From: Eledone cirrhosa
Taxonomy: Eukaryota
DNA length: 64,000 nt
Reading direction: 5' to 3'
NCBI GenBank assembly: GCA_964016885.1
Contig: OZ024742.1
Coordinates: 246,264,001-246,328,000, forward strand
Under the pieces are notes generated by a model. The model had not been told where the DNA came from, searched no databases, and worked only from the letters and a program-made list of their open reading frames with translations. This document shows, in pieces, positions 25,530 to 38,977 of the stretch. A program made the position numbers and the translations under genes. Each line of letters starts with the position of its first letter. The stretch's first letter is position 1.

Positions 25530-25840
25530 ATAGGTCCCGGTTTCGATTCTACTGTGTGCCATCTTATGCAAGTGTAATTATCCATAGCCTCGGTTCAACC
25601 CATGTCTTGTGAGTGAAACTGGGTGAACGGAAACTGTTTGGAAGCCAGTCGGATGAACTGTACTTGTAATTCAAAGGGCCAGTCTTGTCACACTGAATCT
25701 GCCTGAAATTACGTTCGGGGTACACGTGTCTATGAAATGCTCAGCCATTTACACGTTGATTTCACGACCGACCAGGGTGTTCCGTGTGATCGAGCAACCG
25801 GAACACTCATCGTCGGGACCGACGGAGGTCCATCGTCATA
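25530..25840 (+). mobile_element. Degenerate SINE sharing its 3' half with the family B copy at 38095
   Basis: GTTTCGATTC B-box-like motif. TGTACTTGTAATTCAAAGGGCCAGTCTTGTCACACTGAATC...TACGT matches about 38230-38300. Confidence 0.65.
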
Positions 25841-26287
25841 TAACGTGATTCGATGCAGTCATTATATTTTTATGACACAAACAAAAGAATAGAGAGAACG
25901 AAGGAAATAATAATTAACGCTACATAAATAGTGTTTTATTTATCTGAGTAGTTTATTGTTAGGGATTACTATTTTGCCTGTCAGAAAATAGTAAAGCAAT
26001 ATGTTACAGGTGATTTAGTTGCTGTGTTTTTTTTATTATACGTAATCAGTTTTATTTTACAAAGCTGCTTATACAAAACACAAAGCACTAATGAACCCTT
26101 TAGCATTTAAACCGGCTATATCTGGCCAGAATTTCCTCACCTCTTTCTGTTGAAACCGGCCAAATCCGGCTGCTCATTTATGTTAAGGTATTGTTCTCAA
26201 AATCAATAATATCAACATCTCGTAGATTCGATATTATGTGGGATAATTATTTGAGGTAAAGCCTTTACCATGAAAATACAATAGTAT

Positions 26288-28675
26288 TATAACAAAATAC
26301 TGGTTTGTATGAATATAGCAAGACACTAGGTTGTGTGTATAAAGTTTAATTAACAAGTTGAAGTTATGTAGAATAGTATAGTTGACATGTCCATGAGTAG
26401 ATGAAAGAATGAAGTAAAGTTATTTGTTACCGTTTTGAAGTTAGCTCGCAAGAGACCATGTTAGGGTTGCCAGGCGAACGCGCCTGGCCGAATACGCCTG
26501 GCCGAAGGGCCAGGCAGGTAGAAGAGAGTGAAGCATCGGCGAACGCGCCTGGCCAAAGCCAGGAGCAGAAAGGGCAAAAGAGAGGGAGAGAGCTGAAAGT
26601 TATTCCCTTTATAGGGTCCTGGGACGGAAGTGACAAAAAGGGTTCTGCTACCCCAACGGGAAGTAACTCCAGCTACTTCCCGCCTAGAGAGCGGTGATGT
26701 GATTGTCATAACAAGAGAGGCAACTCTTGCTACATTATCCACCGCCAGATTTTTAAAATATAAAAATCGAATGAACCATGTATGGCGTAAGATGGCGAGC
26801 ATGTAACACCAAAGTCCAGGCATGAAAATTACGAAAAAAAATAATGTTTGCAATAAAAGGAAAACAGCAAAATATATGCATGCAAAAATCAATGATAGAT
26901 ATCAAGGTAGCCAACCGCTCTTGGCCAGAGAACGACTGGACATCTATCTATCCATCACTCAAAGATACAATGTAATCAAAGTAAAAGAAGAGGTCAAAGT
27001 TCAAATGTTCAAAATACAGTTCACAGGTATGCAATCACATGACAGCAGGAAAGAAAGTGTGTCCTCCAGAGAATGTATGCAGGTGGTCTCTAGACTGTGG
27101 TACAACGTGAAATTCGGTGGGATTTTCTCACAGGAAGAGTGCTGCAAAAATAAAATCTGTTTTGTTCCGCTGGTTTGGGTTGTGATGTTGTTGTCTCGCG
27201 GAGTGAGCGTATTCGATGTTGTTTAAATTCACAGTAAAATTTTTCCCAGAAAAATTGAGTTGCGCAAAGTGCTAGAAATAACAGCCAAAGTTGATGGTAG
27301 ATGTTGAGAATGCGTTGACCTGGAAGGGTCAAGAGGCCAGCGACCAAAGAAATAAGCATTCAGAATAAATGCGCAGTTTTCAACGGCAAATTTACGTGGT
27401 AAATTTTTAAACCGGCAAATAGGAGAATATAGCTTAAGGCTGGAGAATCCTTGGCAAGAAACATTATCTATGGCGTGTGTTATCTCAGTGAGTCGAGATG
27501 TGTGCTCCCCACACGTGCCGAAACAAGGTTAAAGTCAAGTTGTAAAAAAAAAAATATTTCTATTGCGCGAGAAAATGGCGCGAAAATGATAGTGCAACAG
27601 GTCGTTGGCAACTATTTTGAAAAATTTGTGTGTGAACGTGATAATATGATGAAAAAGAAAGAAAGGCTTCTCTTGGTATAACAAATATGGCGAGTTCAAC
27701 TTTTTTGTGAACGATGAAAAAAGCTTGGCGGAAAGAATAAGCAATAGTTGAGATTCAGCGAAAATAAATGTTCATGTTTAAATATGTAAAAAAAAAAAAT
27801 CAAATTTCCTTTTTTTTTTTTTTAAAGTGTTCGTTGTGAGAAGAAACGAAAAGCATATATATATATCCAGTGAAATGCGACACGTGCGTGAAAGGCAAAA
27901 TTTACTGTTTATTTTGCTTGCTGAGAAAAAATTTCTTTTTTGATGTGTTCGTTATAAGACAGTGTATGCGGAGAGAAATCCTTGTCTAAGGAGGTCGGAT
28001 GGATTTCTTAGTCCGAAAAAGAAATATCACGTTAGGTGAGAGAAGAAGAGTCTGTCTGAACGAGAATTTCACATGTGCATGTGTTCGTTTCTGTGTCTAC
28101 GTTTTTTTCCTAGTTTGTTAATAAAGTTTGCTGCGTATTCGAAATGTTGGTCGACGCATTCCAACGAAAATGGGGTACTGCTAATTAATTTTCTTTTTTC
28201 CATACTCACACAACACCAGAACCTGTTATTTTTTTTTTTTTCGGGGTCACCACTTATAACAAAATACTCGGTTGTGTGTATAAAGTTGAATTAACAAGTT
28301 GAAGTTATGTAGAATAGAATTGTTGACATGTCCATGGGTAGATGAAAGAATGAAGTAAAGTTATTTGTTACCGTTTTGAAGTTAGCTCGCAAGAGACCAT
28401 GTTAGGGTTGCCAGGCGAACGCACCTGGCCGAAGACGCCTGGCCGAAGGGCCAGGCAGGTAGAAGAGAGTGAAGCATCGGCGAACGCGCCTGGCCAAAGC
28501 CAGGAGCCGAAAGGGCAAAAGAGAGGGAGAGAGCTGAAAGTTATTCCCTTTATAGGGTCCTGGGACGGAAGTGACAAAAAGGGTTCTGCCACCCCAACGG
28601 GAAGTAACTCCAGCTACTTCCCGTCTAGAGAGCGGTGATGTGATTGTCATAACAAGGGAGGCAACTCTTGCTACA
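26288..28675 (-). mobile_element. Non-autonomous Gypsy-type LTR retrotransposon
   Basis: LTRs at 26288-26734 and 28255-28675 differ by about ten substitutions by eye and have TGTAGC...GTTATA termini. TSD GTAT lies at 26284-26287 and 28676-28679. The PBS TGGTGACCCCGA (28241-28252) is complementary to the tRNA-Trp 3' end. A weak PPT precedes the 3' LTR, each LTR has a TATAAA, and there is no intact ORF. Confidence 0.93.
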
Positions 28676-28687
28676 GTATTTATAGAG

Positions 28688-29036
28688 CAGTGGTTCCCAA
28701 ACTGGGGTCCGTGGATGCTAGGGGACCACGAAGCGATTTTGGGGGGACCGCGAAGGCTTAGCCAAATTTTCATGGTATACTGTGATTGAAGTTTTAAATC
28801 TAGGAAGCAATTTTTCTTGAATAAACATTTGACGCTAACGTGCAAATCATAGGAGGTTCATTTCCGCATTATATGCGGATAGCATGCTAACACATGCATT
28901 TCATAAAAGTTGGTCTTTGAAAAATTTTGAAAATGCTGCCATAGTATGATAGGGGACCGCGAGGCATCCCCCCCCCCAAAAAAAATGTTAAGGGGACTGC
29001 CAAAAAAAAAAATTTGGAAAAGTTTGGGAACCACTG
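28688..29036. mobile_element. hAT (Charlie-like) MITE
   Basis: TIR CAGTGGTTCCCAAACT / AGTTTGGGAACCACTG, with 8-bp TSD TTATAGAG / ATATAGAG. Confidence 0.92.
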
Positions 29037-29517
29037 ATATAGAGTAATGCTAGAGTTAAGGAAAAGAAAAAAGGAAAATGAAAGTAAAGAAAAAATTAAG
29101 CAACGGAGGAAAGCAAGAGAGGATGGGGACAGACACTATACCCCAGTCCGAGCAGTGTTTCAGCCTCGCTCCGCAGACTAAATAGCAAAGGCATTACCGC
29201 AGAGAATGGACAGAGAAACCCGCTCAAACAGCCACCCCATTATAAGCGGGCTGCAGTCTTTCTGATTTTTACGAAATTAGCACTTCGGGGACCGAGAACA
29301 CGAGATCTCGTTGGCAGCTGGTACAAAGAGGAAGCGATCGGTCAGATCCCGGTATTTAACTACTGTTTACAATGTTAATGGTGTTAATGTTATTTATACA
29401 TAACCATTTAACAGGCCCGTCGACTGGCTTGGATAGTCTGGCGGGGGTGGGTGGAGAGTGGATGCGAAGTAGGTTTCAGAATATTTTGGGTGGGCACTCT
29501 TTCAAAAGGAACGTCTG

Positions 29518-29563
<46 letters not shown>

Positions 29564-29643
29564 GTTGCACAAGACTGTTGTTTATCTTAGTTGTTACGTA
29601 TAACTGTACAAAACTGTACAAAACTGCACAAATGATTGTGTAA

Positions 29644-29693
29644 GCATCTGACGAAGTCACATGAATAACATGTAACAGAAATATATATAATGC
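29644..29693 (+). ncRNA. Minimal type-I hammerhead ribozyme motif
   Basis: GCAT-CTGACGA-A-GTCACATG-aataa-CATGTAAC-A-GAA-ATATATAT-A^-ATGC, followed directly by AATAAA. Stem III is palindromic. Confidence 0.8.
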
Positions 29694-29787
29694 AATAAAC
29701 AATTATGGTGATTTAATCCCGTCTTAACTACCATTATTTGATATATATATATATTAACTACCATTATTGATATATATATATATATAT

Positions 29788-29899
29788 TGAGTTCAAATCC
29801 CGCCGAGGTTAACTTTGCCTTTCATCCTTACGGGGTCGATAAAATAAAGTACCAGTAATACACTGGGATAATTGCTGGCCTTGTGCCAAAAGTAGAAAC

Positions 29900-29905
<6 letters not shown>
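29788..29905 (+). mobile_element. 5'-truncated family A SINE within (TA)n
   Basis: Match to the SINE consensus. Confidence 0.9.
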
Positions 29906-29960
<55 letters not shown>

Positions 29961-30364
29961 AGAAATGCTAGCGGTCCATATGGCAAGTTCACGCATTTAA
30001 AATGGACCAGAACAGGGTACCAAAGATAGAAATCGGGAAATTGAAAGCCTGGAACGGCCAAAGAACACATAGTACAGAATAGTTGAAAGCGAGCTGAGAT
30101 AAATGTATCTTATATGGAACAACGTATCAAGACTTGCTCAAGACCTGTGTGATGGATGCCAAAACCATATTTCCCAATCAAGGAGAAGGGAATTAAAAAC
30201 TAACTAGACTACCCGTGACCCGTTGGGTCACGTTCACTTCAAAATATTTAAAAAAAATCATGTTCACTTAAAAATAATTTTTAAGTAATTAAAATATACA
30301 CAGACATTTATATAATGTGAAATAAAACTGGAAGGCCCATATATATACGTGTGTGTATGTATAT

Positions 30365-31192
<828 letters not shown>

Positions 31193-31202
31193 TTTATATA
31201 TA

Positions 31203-31255
<53 letters not shown>

Positions 31256-31258
31256 TCT

Positions 31259-31309
<51 letters not shown>

Positions 31310-31659
31310 TCACACACACATATATATATATATATATACACAACACCACCACCAACTCTCTCTTCCATTCTTCTTCTCTGTCTCCTCCCCATCTCTCTAT
31401 ATCTCTCTTTCAATTTACTCTGTCACAACCACTATCTCTTCCTCTCTATCTTTCTCTCTCTTTGTTTATGAAGGTACCCGGAAAAACCCCATATCTCGGG
31501 AACCGATGCTCCGATTTAGGCGAAACTTGTTTTATTCCATTTGTATTCCCAGTTGAGGGGCAACTTCGTTTCAAAGTATTTTCCCATTTTGCGCCCTTTT
31601 GGCTGTATTATATTACAGACAAGCAAGCAAGCAAGCACAGTAATATATAGATAGATCAT

Positions 31660-34600
31660 TATTTTTACTTTTGGCACAAGGCCAACAATTTGAAATGGAG
31701 AGTAAAGTCTATTAAATCGCCCAGTGCGTTACTGGTATTTTATTTTATCGACACCGTAAGGCTGTCAAGCAAAGCTAGTCTCGGCGGGATTTGAACTCAG
31801 AACGCAAAGGGTCGTAACTCTGTGCCACAAAGCATGTCCGATGCTCTACTGATACTGCCAACCCACTGCCCTTTAATAATTGTTTCTACTAAAGGCACAA
31901 GCGCAGCAATTTTGGGGGAGGGGAAATTCGATTAAATCGACCCCAGTGCATTACTAACAGTGCTCCTACCGCCATGTCTCTACAGACTACTCCCGCAGTA
32001 GTCCCGCTCTTCAGACGAAGGAAGGAATTGAGGGTGGCGTGCTGGAACGTCCGAACACTTCGTGACGACGGTGTCCAGGCACTTACAATGAAGGCTCTGC
32101 ACAGGTACTGCGTTAGTGTCGCTTGCCTTTCAGAAGTTCGACTTCCCGATGTTGGTCATCTTCCGATTAAAGTTCCTGGCGAGGACATCTCCTATCACTT
32201 GTACCATAGTGGCGTGACTGACAACAGTGGCCTTCACGGGGTCGCTGTAGCGCTCGGCCCCGACGCGCAAACGGCTCTGCTGGCGTGGCAGCCGATCTCA
32301 CACCAACTCGCGCTGGTTCCATTGAAGAGTCAAATCTCCAACGTCAGCGTAATTGCCGTCTACGCTCCCACACTCAATGCGGACGAGGCGGACAAGACGC
32401 AGTTCTAATCCGATCTCCAAACAACCGTGGATGGCGTCCCTTCCAGTGATGTTCTTATTGTCGCTGGGGACTGGAATGCGCGGACGGGGCCGGCTGATGA
32501 TACATCACGGCATATTCTAGGACGCTTCGCCCTAGGCGTACGCTGTGACAATGGTGAACGGCTCGTGTCCTTCGCGGATGCCAATCGTCTTATCGTCACC
32601 AACACCCGGTTCCAACATCCTCGCCGTCACCTCGTCACGTGGCGATCCAATGACAGAAGAACAGCCAATCAGATTGACTACACCCTTGTCAGATCTCGAT
32701 GGGCCAGCTCAGTGATGGACTCGCGTGCGTATCGGGGGGCTGATACGGGCAGTGAGCATGGGTCAGACCATACTCTTATTCGAGCAACCCTTCGTCTGCG
32801 GCTGCGGGCGAAACCTCCTCCCAACCGCCAGAAAAGGATCGACATCTCGCGACTCAAGCTCGATGCTGGAAATGCTTTCCGGCTAGAGCTGTGAAACCGA
32901 TTCCAAATGCTGAGTAACGAAGTGGAACAGGAGCAGGAGTGGAACGCGCTCAGGGCGGCGACGGTTGAGGTGGCCAGGGAGCATCTCGGGTCGACCCGAA
33001 GACGCCATCGTGACTGGATTTCCAGCGGCACTCTTGAACTCGCGGAGAGGGCGAGAGTGGCCCGACTCGAGGGTGCACCCAATCTTCGAGATCTCTGACG
33101 GCGCACATCACAGGCTATTCGGGCCGATCGGAATGCACACTGGCGCGAGTTTGCGGAGCAGACGGAGAGGGCAGCAGCCAGTGGTGACTCGCGCAAGCTC
33201 TACCAACTGGTGAAGCGGGCCAGCCGAAGCAGTACGGGTATCAACGAGACGATCCGTGATCGGAACGGGGCGATCCTTACCAATTTTCCGAGCTGCTCAA
33301 CCACCCGCCATCATCCACGCCAACCTACGTGCAACCTCCCGGAGAAGAATACGGGTGCAGCACTGCCCCACCAACGGTCGAGGGGGTACGTGGTGTCCTG
33401 AGACATCTCCGGAACAACAAGGCGCCGAGCGAGGATGGCGTTCCAGCTGAGGTCTACAAGGCCGAGCCTGATGCCTTCGCAGCCTGGCTCTATCGAGTCT
33501 TCTCCTCGGTGTTGTCGACGGAGCGGTTCCCTGGTGACTGGAGCGAGGCAACTCTCCTAGCCTTCTTCAAAAAGGGCGACAGGAAACTGTGTTCCAACTA
33601 CAGGGGTATCAGTTTAATTGACGTTGCTGCCAAGACCTTCGCAATTCTTCTGCTAAAGAGGTTCCAGGCCATCCGTGATGTCCGTACCCGTCCTTCTCAG
33701 GGCGGTTTCCGTCTGGGGAGGGGGGGTGTTAATAAAATCTTCATTCTCCGGCGTGTCCTGGAACAACGGTGGGCACATCAACAGCCTACCGTTCTCTGCT
33801 TCATCGACTTTGCAGCTGCCTTCGACTCGGTAGATCGGGAAGCCCTATGGCGTATAATGCAGGCGGACGGCATCCCAGTGAAGCTGCTTCGTCTCATACA
33901 GGGCTACTACCGATCGACTCGGGATCGAGTGAGGGTCTATGGTGGGGTGACGGAGTCGTTTGATGTTGGGACCGGTGTTCGGCAGGGGTGTGCGCTATCG
34001 CCAACTATCTTTAACTACGCCATTGACTACACTCTCAACACAGCGCTTCGGGATTACCCAGGCGTAGAGGTCGGGAGAGGGGTCGTGGTGACGGACCTGG
34101 TCTACGCGGATAACATTGTGCTGATGGGCGCTAACGGACAGATGTACAAGGTGCTCTCGAAAGGGTGCACACTGCAGCCGCCGCTGTTGGTCTACGAATC
34201 AATGCCCCCAAGCTGAAGGTCATGACGTCACTGGTCTCGCCTGATGCCTGGCAGCCAATATCTCTCGAGGGCATGGACCTGGGGGATGTGGAGTCCTTCG
34301 TTTACCTGGGCTCAACAGTGGTTCCAACGGACAGGGCGCAGCCGAGGTCAAGCATCGCATAGGTGCTGCCAGATCTGCTTTTGGGCGCCTACAGCGGTGT
34401 CTGTGGAACAGAAGAGAGATCACCTCGGCGACCACCAAAGGGCGAATCTACCAGGCCATCGTTCGAACTATACTCCTCTATGGCTGTGAAACATGGCCTA
34501 TGAGGGTAATCAATCAACGAGGGCTGGAGGTCTTCGACAATGACTGTCTCCGCCGCATTCTTCGCTACCGACGCATTGATCGGATACCTACCACCAGTCT

Positions 34601-35560
34601 TCGTCTTCGCCTGAATCTTCGACCCCTTCCTTCAGTGCTGCTGCAGCGGCTCTTGAGGTGGTTTGGTCACGCGGCCTGATCCGCGATGTTCTCCTCCCAG
34701 CTCCACTCCCTAACTGGCGCAAGCGCGTTGGCGGGCAGCTGAAGACCTGGGCAACGACGATCAAGGAGGACCTCTCCTAACTCTCAGGTCCGCAGGTGGT
34801 CGGCTTGCGCCGATGGAACAGTGACTGGCTCGCTATCTCCAGTGACCTAGCCCGGGACCGTCGTGTGTGGGCAGCCATGGTTCGGGATGCCGTCAGGACA
34901 AGGAAAGAAGCCGGCTCAACCTGTCTAGGGTGAATGTCGACACAAGTACAAGTAAGTGCATTACTGGTACTTTATTTTATCGACCTCGTAAGGATGAAAG
35001 GCAAATTTAACCTCGGCGGTATTTGAACTCAGAACGTAAAATGACGTAATTATTCTGCAAAGCATGGTGTTTGACGCTCTACCGATACTGCCAATCCACC
35101 GCCCTTTTATGATGGTTTCTGATTTAAGCACCAGGGCAGCAATTTGTAGGAGGGGGGGGGGGCAATTAAATCAGCCCCAGTGCGTGACTGGTACTTTATT
35201 TTATCGACCCCGTAAGGATGAAAGTCAAAGCTAACTTCGGCAGAATTTAAACTCAGAACGTAAAGGACCATAACTCTGTGCCATGAAGCAGGGTGACCGA
35301 CGTTCTACCGATATTGCCAATCCACCGCCCTAACGATAATGGTTTCTTATTTAGGCACAAGGCTAGTAATTTGGGGGGAGGGGGAAGTCGATTAAATCGA
35401 CCCCAGTACGTTACTGGTGCTTTATTTTAATCGACACTGTAATGATGACAGGCAAAGTTAACCACGGCGGGATTTGAACTCAGATCATAAAGGGCCGTAA
35501 CTCTATGCTGCAAAGTATGATGTCCGACCCTCTACTGATACTGCCAATCCCCGTCCTTTA
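31660..35560 (-). mobile_element. Tandem array of four family A SINEs, the second split by a LINE
   Basis: Units at about 31660-31875, 31876-31955 plus 34955-35105, 35110-35330 and 35335-35560. Confidence 0.85.
31956..34954 (+). mobile_element. Near full-length GC-rich RTE-clade LINE (EN and RT), disabled
   Basis: Motifs ACWNVRTL, LSEVR, VYAPT, GDWNA, NQIDY, SDH, NYRGISL, FIDFAAAFDSV, GVRQGC and YADN. It has a (CAAGTA)n tail and an 11-bp TSD AGTGCATTACT at 31945-31955 and 34955-34965. Confidence 0.95.
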
Positions 35561-35834
35561 ACAATTGTTTCTGATTGTTGCCGGCTTGAGTGTTCGTTAC
35601 TCGAGACAGTTCGTGAACCGAGGTTCCACTTATATATATATTTATATATTTCAGGAGTATATTGAAAAACATTCAGTTGATTGAACGATTAAATGCCCTT
35701 CGTTGAAACCGACGAAGGATCCATAATAATGTATATAACACATGAAGTGCGAGTTTTCTCCCTTATTTCAGCTGCCTATTGAGTTATTACAACATGTTTA
35801 GTAATCGGATCTCTTATCGTTATTTCTAATGACA

Positions 35835-36480
35835 AAGGTGGCAGTTTGGCTGCGTCGTTAGGGTGTCGGATTAAAATACCTCGGTATTTGTTCCGGCTCA
35901 CTGCGGTCTCTGTTCAAATCTTGTCAAGGTCAACTTTGCCTTTCATCCTTCTGGGTGGACGATAAAATAAAATACAAGTTAAATACTGAGGTCGTTACAA
36001 CCAACTTTCCTTTTCTAAATTGCTGGCCTTGTGTCAAATATAAAAGCAGTTATTTCTTAGGGCAATTTATTCAACGAATAATGCTATATGTAGATACATA
36101 TAATTGTTTCTACTTTTGGCACAAGGCCAGCAATTACCCCAGTGCATTACTGGTGCTTTATCTTATCGACCCCCCGTAAGGATGAAAGGCAAAGTTAACC
36201 TCCGGATGATTTGAACTCAGATCATAAAAGGCAAAGCATGGCGTCCGACTCCCTAGCGACAGTGCCAATCACCGCCCCTGTATGTAGATACATATAATTG
36301 TTTCTACTTTTGGCACAAGGCCAGCAATTATACAGTACATTACTGGTACTTTATTTTTATCGACCCCGTACGATGAAAGGCAAAGTTAACCTTGGAAGGA
36401 TTTGAACTCAGTCTATAAAGGGACGTAACTCTATGCTGGAAAGCATGGCATCCGAACCTCTACCGATACTGCCAATCTAT
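35835..36480. mobile_element. Three family A SINEs (+ 35835-36050, - 36100-36280, - 36295-36480)
   Basis: Match to the SINE consensus. TATGTAGATACATATA is duplicated around the middle copy (probable TSD). Confidence 0.85.
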
Positions 36481-37914
36481 CAATGGTTGTAAGAAACATC
36501 AGCACATCCGTTATGGGGCTGTAGTGGTGGGAACTCCCAACAATAGGTGGTTTTAGAGGCAAGAACCCACAGATTTGGTTTCGAATCTTCGTCAGGTAAA
36601 ACATAGGAGTAGTCCGTTACAGGGTTTTCCTGCAGTCCAAATACGGCGAAAGCTACTAATTAAATTTTCTAATTTCAATCGCAGACCTGCCAACCTCTAA
36701 AAACCCAAACGGGTAGTACTATGAAAAAAGTGCCCCAAAACCGGGAGAAATGAGGCAAATGGGGAGATTTTACAATTAACTCTTATATGTTAGAGTGAAC
36801 TTTTTACAAAGAATTCAGTTTCAACTTTATTAGCTTACTAAATTACAATTAGCAAAGCACAGAGTGAAACAGTGCTGTGAGGGATTTGTTGCCACTACTA
36901 TAAAAGAATAAAAAAATAAAATACAAGGTGATGGAGTTTATTATGCACTCTTGACAGGTGCAATGTGTCCGAACACGGAAGAGTCGAATTCCTACCGTCT
37001 TCTCCACAGGTCTGAGGGAAACATATAATAAAATAGGTATTCACTTGCTACAAGTAGCATTTAGTCATAAATATTACATTCTCCAGGACAAGGAAATTTA
37101 CTGATGTTTTTGTTAGGGTAGTTGTAGCAAGCTAGTTTCCTTTGGCGCATTTGTAAACTATTCGTGTGTGATTTGGCTAAGTCAGGCCAAATATATATCC
37201 GTGCACGGATATATATTTCCAACTTCCGCCTAAACAGATTTTTCCGCTTTCTTTCGATATACTATCTCTTGCAGCTTCATGAAAGGTAAACACCATGCCG
37301 TTCGACCACTAGCCAATATGTAACGACAACAACATAACTACGGCCTGGCCAGCACCTCAGCCAGTCGACCGTGCCTTCTAAACTCTCAATTTGTTTATTC
37401 CTTTGTTTGGCATGCCAGCTCAACCTTTGTAATCGGTTTGTAAATAAATTATGTAAAAATATTGTTAAGTCTTGTGATGCTATTACCACAGCCATAACCT
37501 TTAAATGTGATATGGAAAGATACTTTCCAGAGTTATTATCACTGCAGCAACAGAACCTAGGACTTACAGCCGAACCTCAATTCAACTAACATTGCCATAT
37601 AACAAAACCGTTACATTTATTGATATAACAAAACCATATTTTCCTGATACAACAAAATACATAATTTTTATTATTATTGTCGTTGATATTATTACATGGC
37701 ATAATGTTATTTTTCTGCTAAACTGGTGACTATTAAATATCTGCTATATTGGTGACCCCGATTGATACAAATAATATTATCATAACTATAAATCAGCTAA
37801 ATAGTTAATATCAATAAGCAAAGGAATCAAATACAAAAGAAAGAAAGACTATCACTAAACCATTGTATATAAAGAACTATTGAATTATTGGTATAAAGTA
37901 TGATAATGATAAAT

Positions 37915-38071
37915 TACTGTATTTCCCGACGTCCTCGAGGACGCACCCTAATTTTGACAACCAAAAATTTGAAAATATTAATAAACAACCTTCGGCCTCC
38001 AGGACGCATGGTAGATTTTTGAGACTTATTTTAGGAAAAAAGTAGTGTCTTCGACGCCGGGAAATACGATA
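37915..38071. mobile_element. Tc1/mariner(pogo)-like MITE
   Basis: TACTGTATTTCCCGACGTC ... GACGCCGGGAAATACGATA imperfect TIR with TA flanks. Confidence 0.7.
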
Positions 38072-38094
38072 ATAGTATAATAATCTAAATGTAA

Positions 38095-38400
38095 AGGTGC
38101 GTGGCTTTGACGTTAGGGTATTCGGCTCTCAATCGTAAGGTTGTGAGTTCGATTCTCGGCGGCGCGTTGTGTCCTTGCGCAAAATACTTTATTTCATGTT
38201 GCTCCATTCCACTCAGCTGGCAAAAATGAGTTGTACCTATAATTTGAAAGGCCAGCACTGTCACATTCTGTGTCACACTGAATCTTACTGAGAACTACGT
38301 TAACGGTGCGCATATCTGTGGAATACTTAGCTACATGCATGCGCAGGCTGATCCGTTGATCGTATCCAGTGGAACTCTCATAGTGCCAACGGCATGCCAA
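38095..38400 (+). mobile_element. tRNA-derived SINE, family B
   Basis: GTGGCT...GAGTTCGATTCTC head, then GTGTCCTTG...TTTCATGTTGCTCCATTCCACTCAGCTG. Confidence 0.85.
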
Positions 38401-38439
38401 TTAAAAAAAAAATCAAATGATACAACTATAAAATAAATT

Positions 38440-38820
38440 TCTTCCAGGTGGTCCGTGCCAACATGTGCATTCAAGTCTCCCATTATGATATATGACTCAG
38501 TGACTTCATCAAGGAAGGATCTGTATTCAGACTATATGTTTGGTGCATAAACTTGCACCACCCACAGAGACCTTTCTTTCAGCCTCAGCTTTAAGAGGCA
38601 CCCCATCACTACCACCACCAATAGGATCCAGTCCATAATACATTCCGACAGCAAGGGACTTGTGAGTATCCTCACTCCCGAGTGTGCAGTCATTTCTGGC
38701 ACCACACCTAAATAGTGGGGTTTCCATCATTCATCCAAGTGCTCGAGCCACGGAACTTTGTTGAGGAAACCCCGACTATATGTAAACCGGTATCGTCTTT
38801 CCCGCTCCATTAGTTCCTGC
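38440..38820 (-). mobile_element. RTE-clade endonuclease fragment
   Basis: Minus-strand translation by eye gives 'VVQVYAPN...IIMGDLNAHVGTD'. Confidence 0.75.
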
Positions 38821-38977
38821 TCCTTACCTGTAAGGGCTGTAACGTATCAATGAAAAAGAAATATATTTTTATACAAAAAACTTATTACGGCTGTAACTCT
38901 CCTAATTAGTTACATTTTTTGTAGCCTCTTGGATTGTGTTTACCATTATTCCTTTATTATATAACTATTATGCAATT

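Larger units (their letters stand above)
26096..29055. mobile_element. piggyBac-like MITE split by an LTR element and a hAT MITE
   Basis: 26096-26287 matches the intact copy at 58174. The remainder (TATAGAG, then TAATGCTAGAGTTAA) resumes after the two insertions. Confidence 0.8.

Noticed and set aside
26288-26734. LTR retrozyme (hammerhead within the LTR)
   Set aside because: No CUGANGA/GAAA core was found by eye on either strand of the LTR.
36560-36600. Minus-strand CTGACGA-AGATTC-GAAAC
   Set aside because: Stem II would be 2 bp with a 1-nt loop, and stems I and III do not form.
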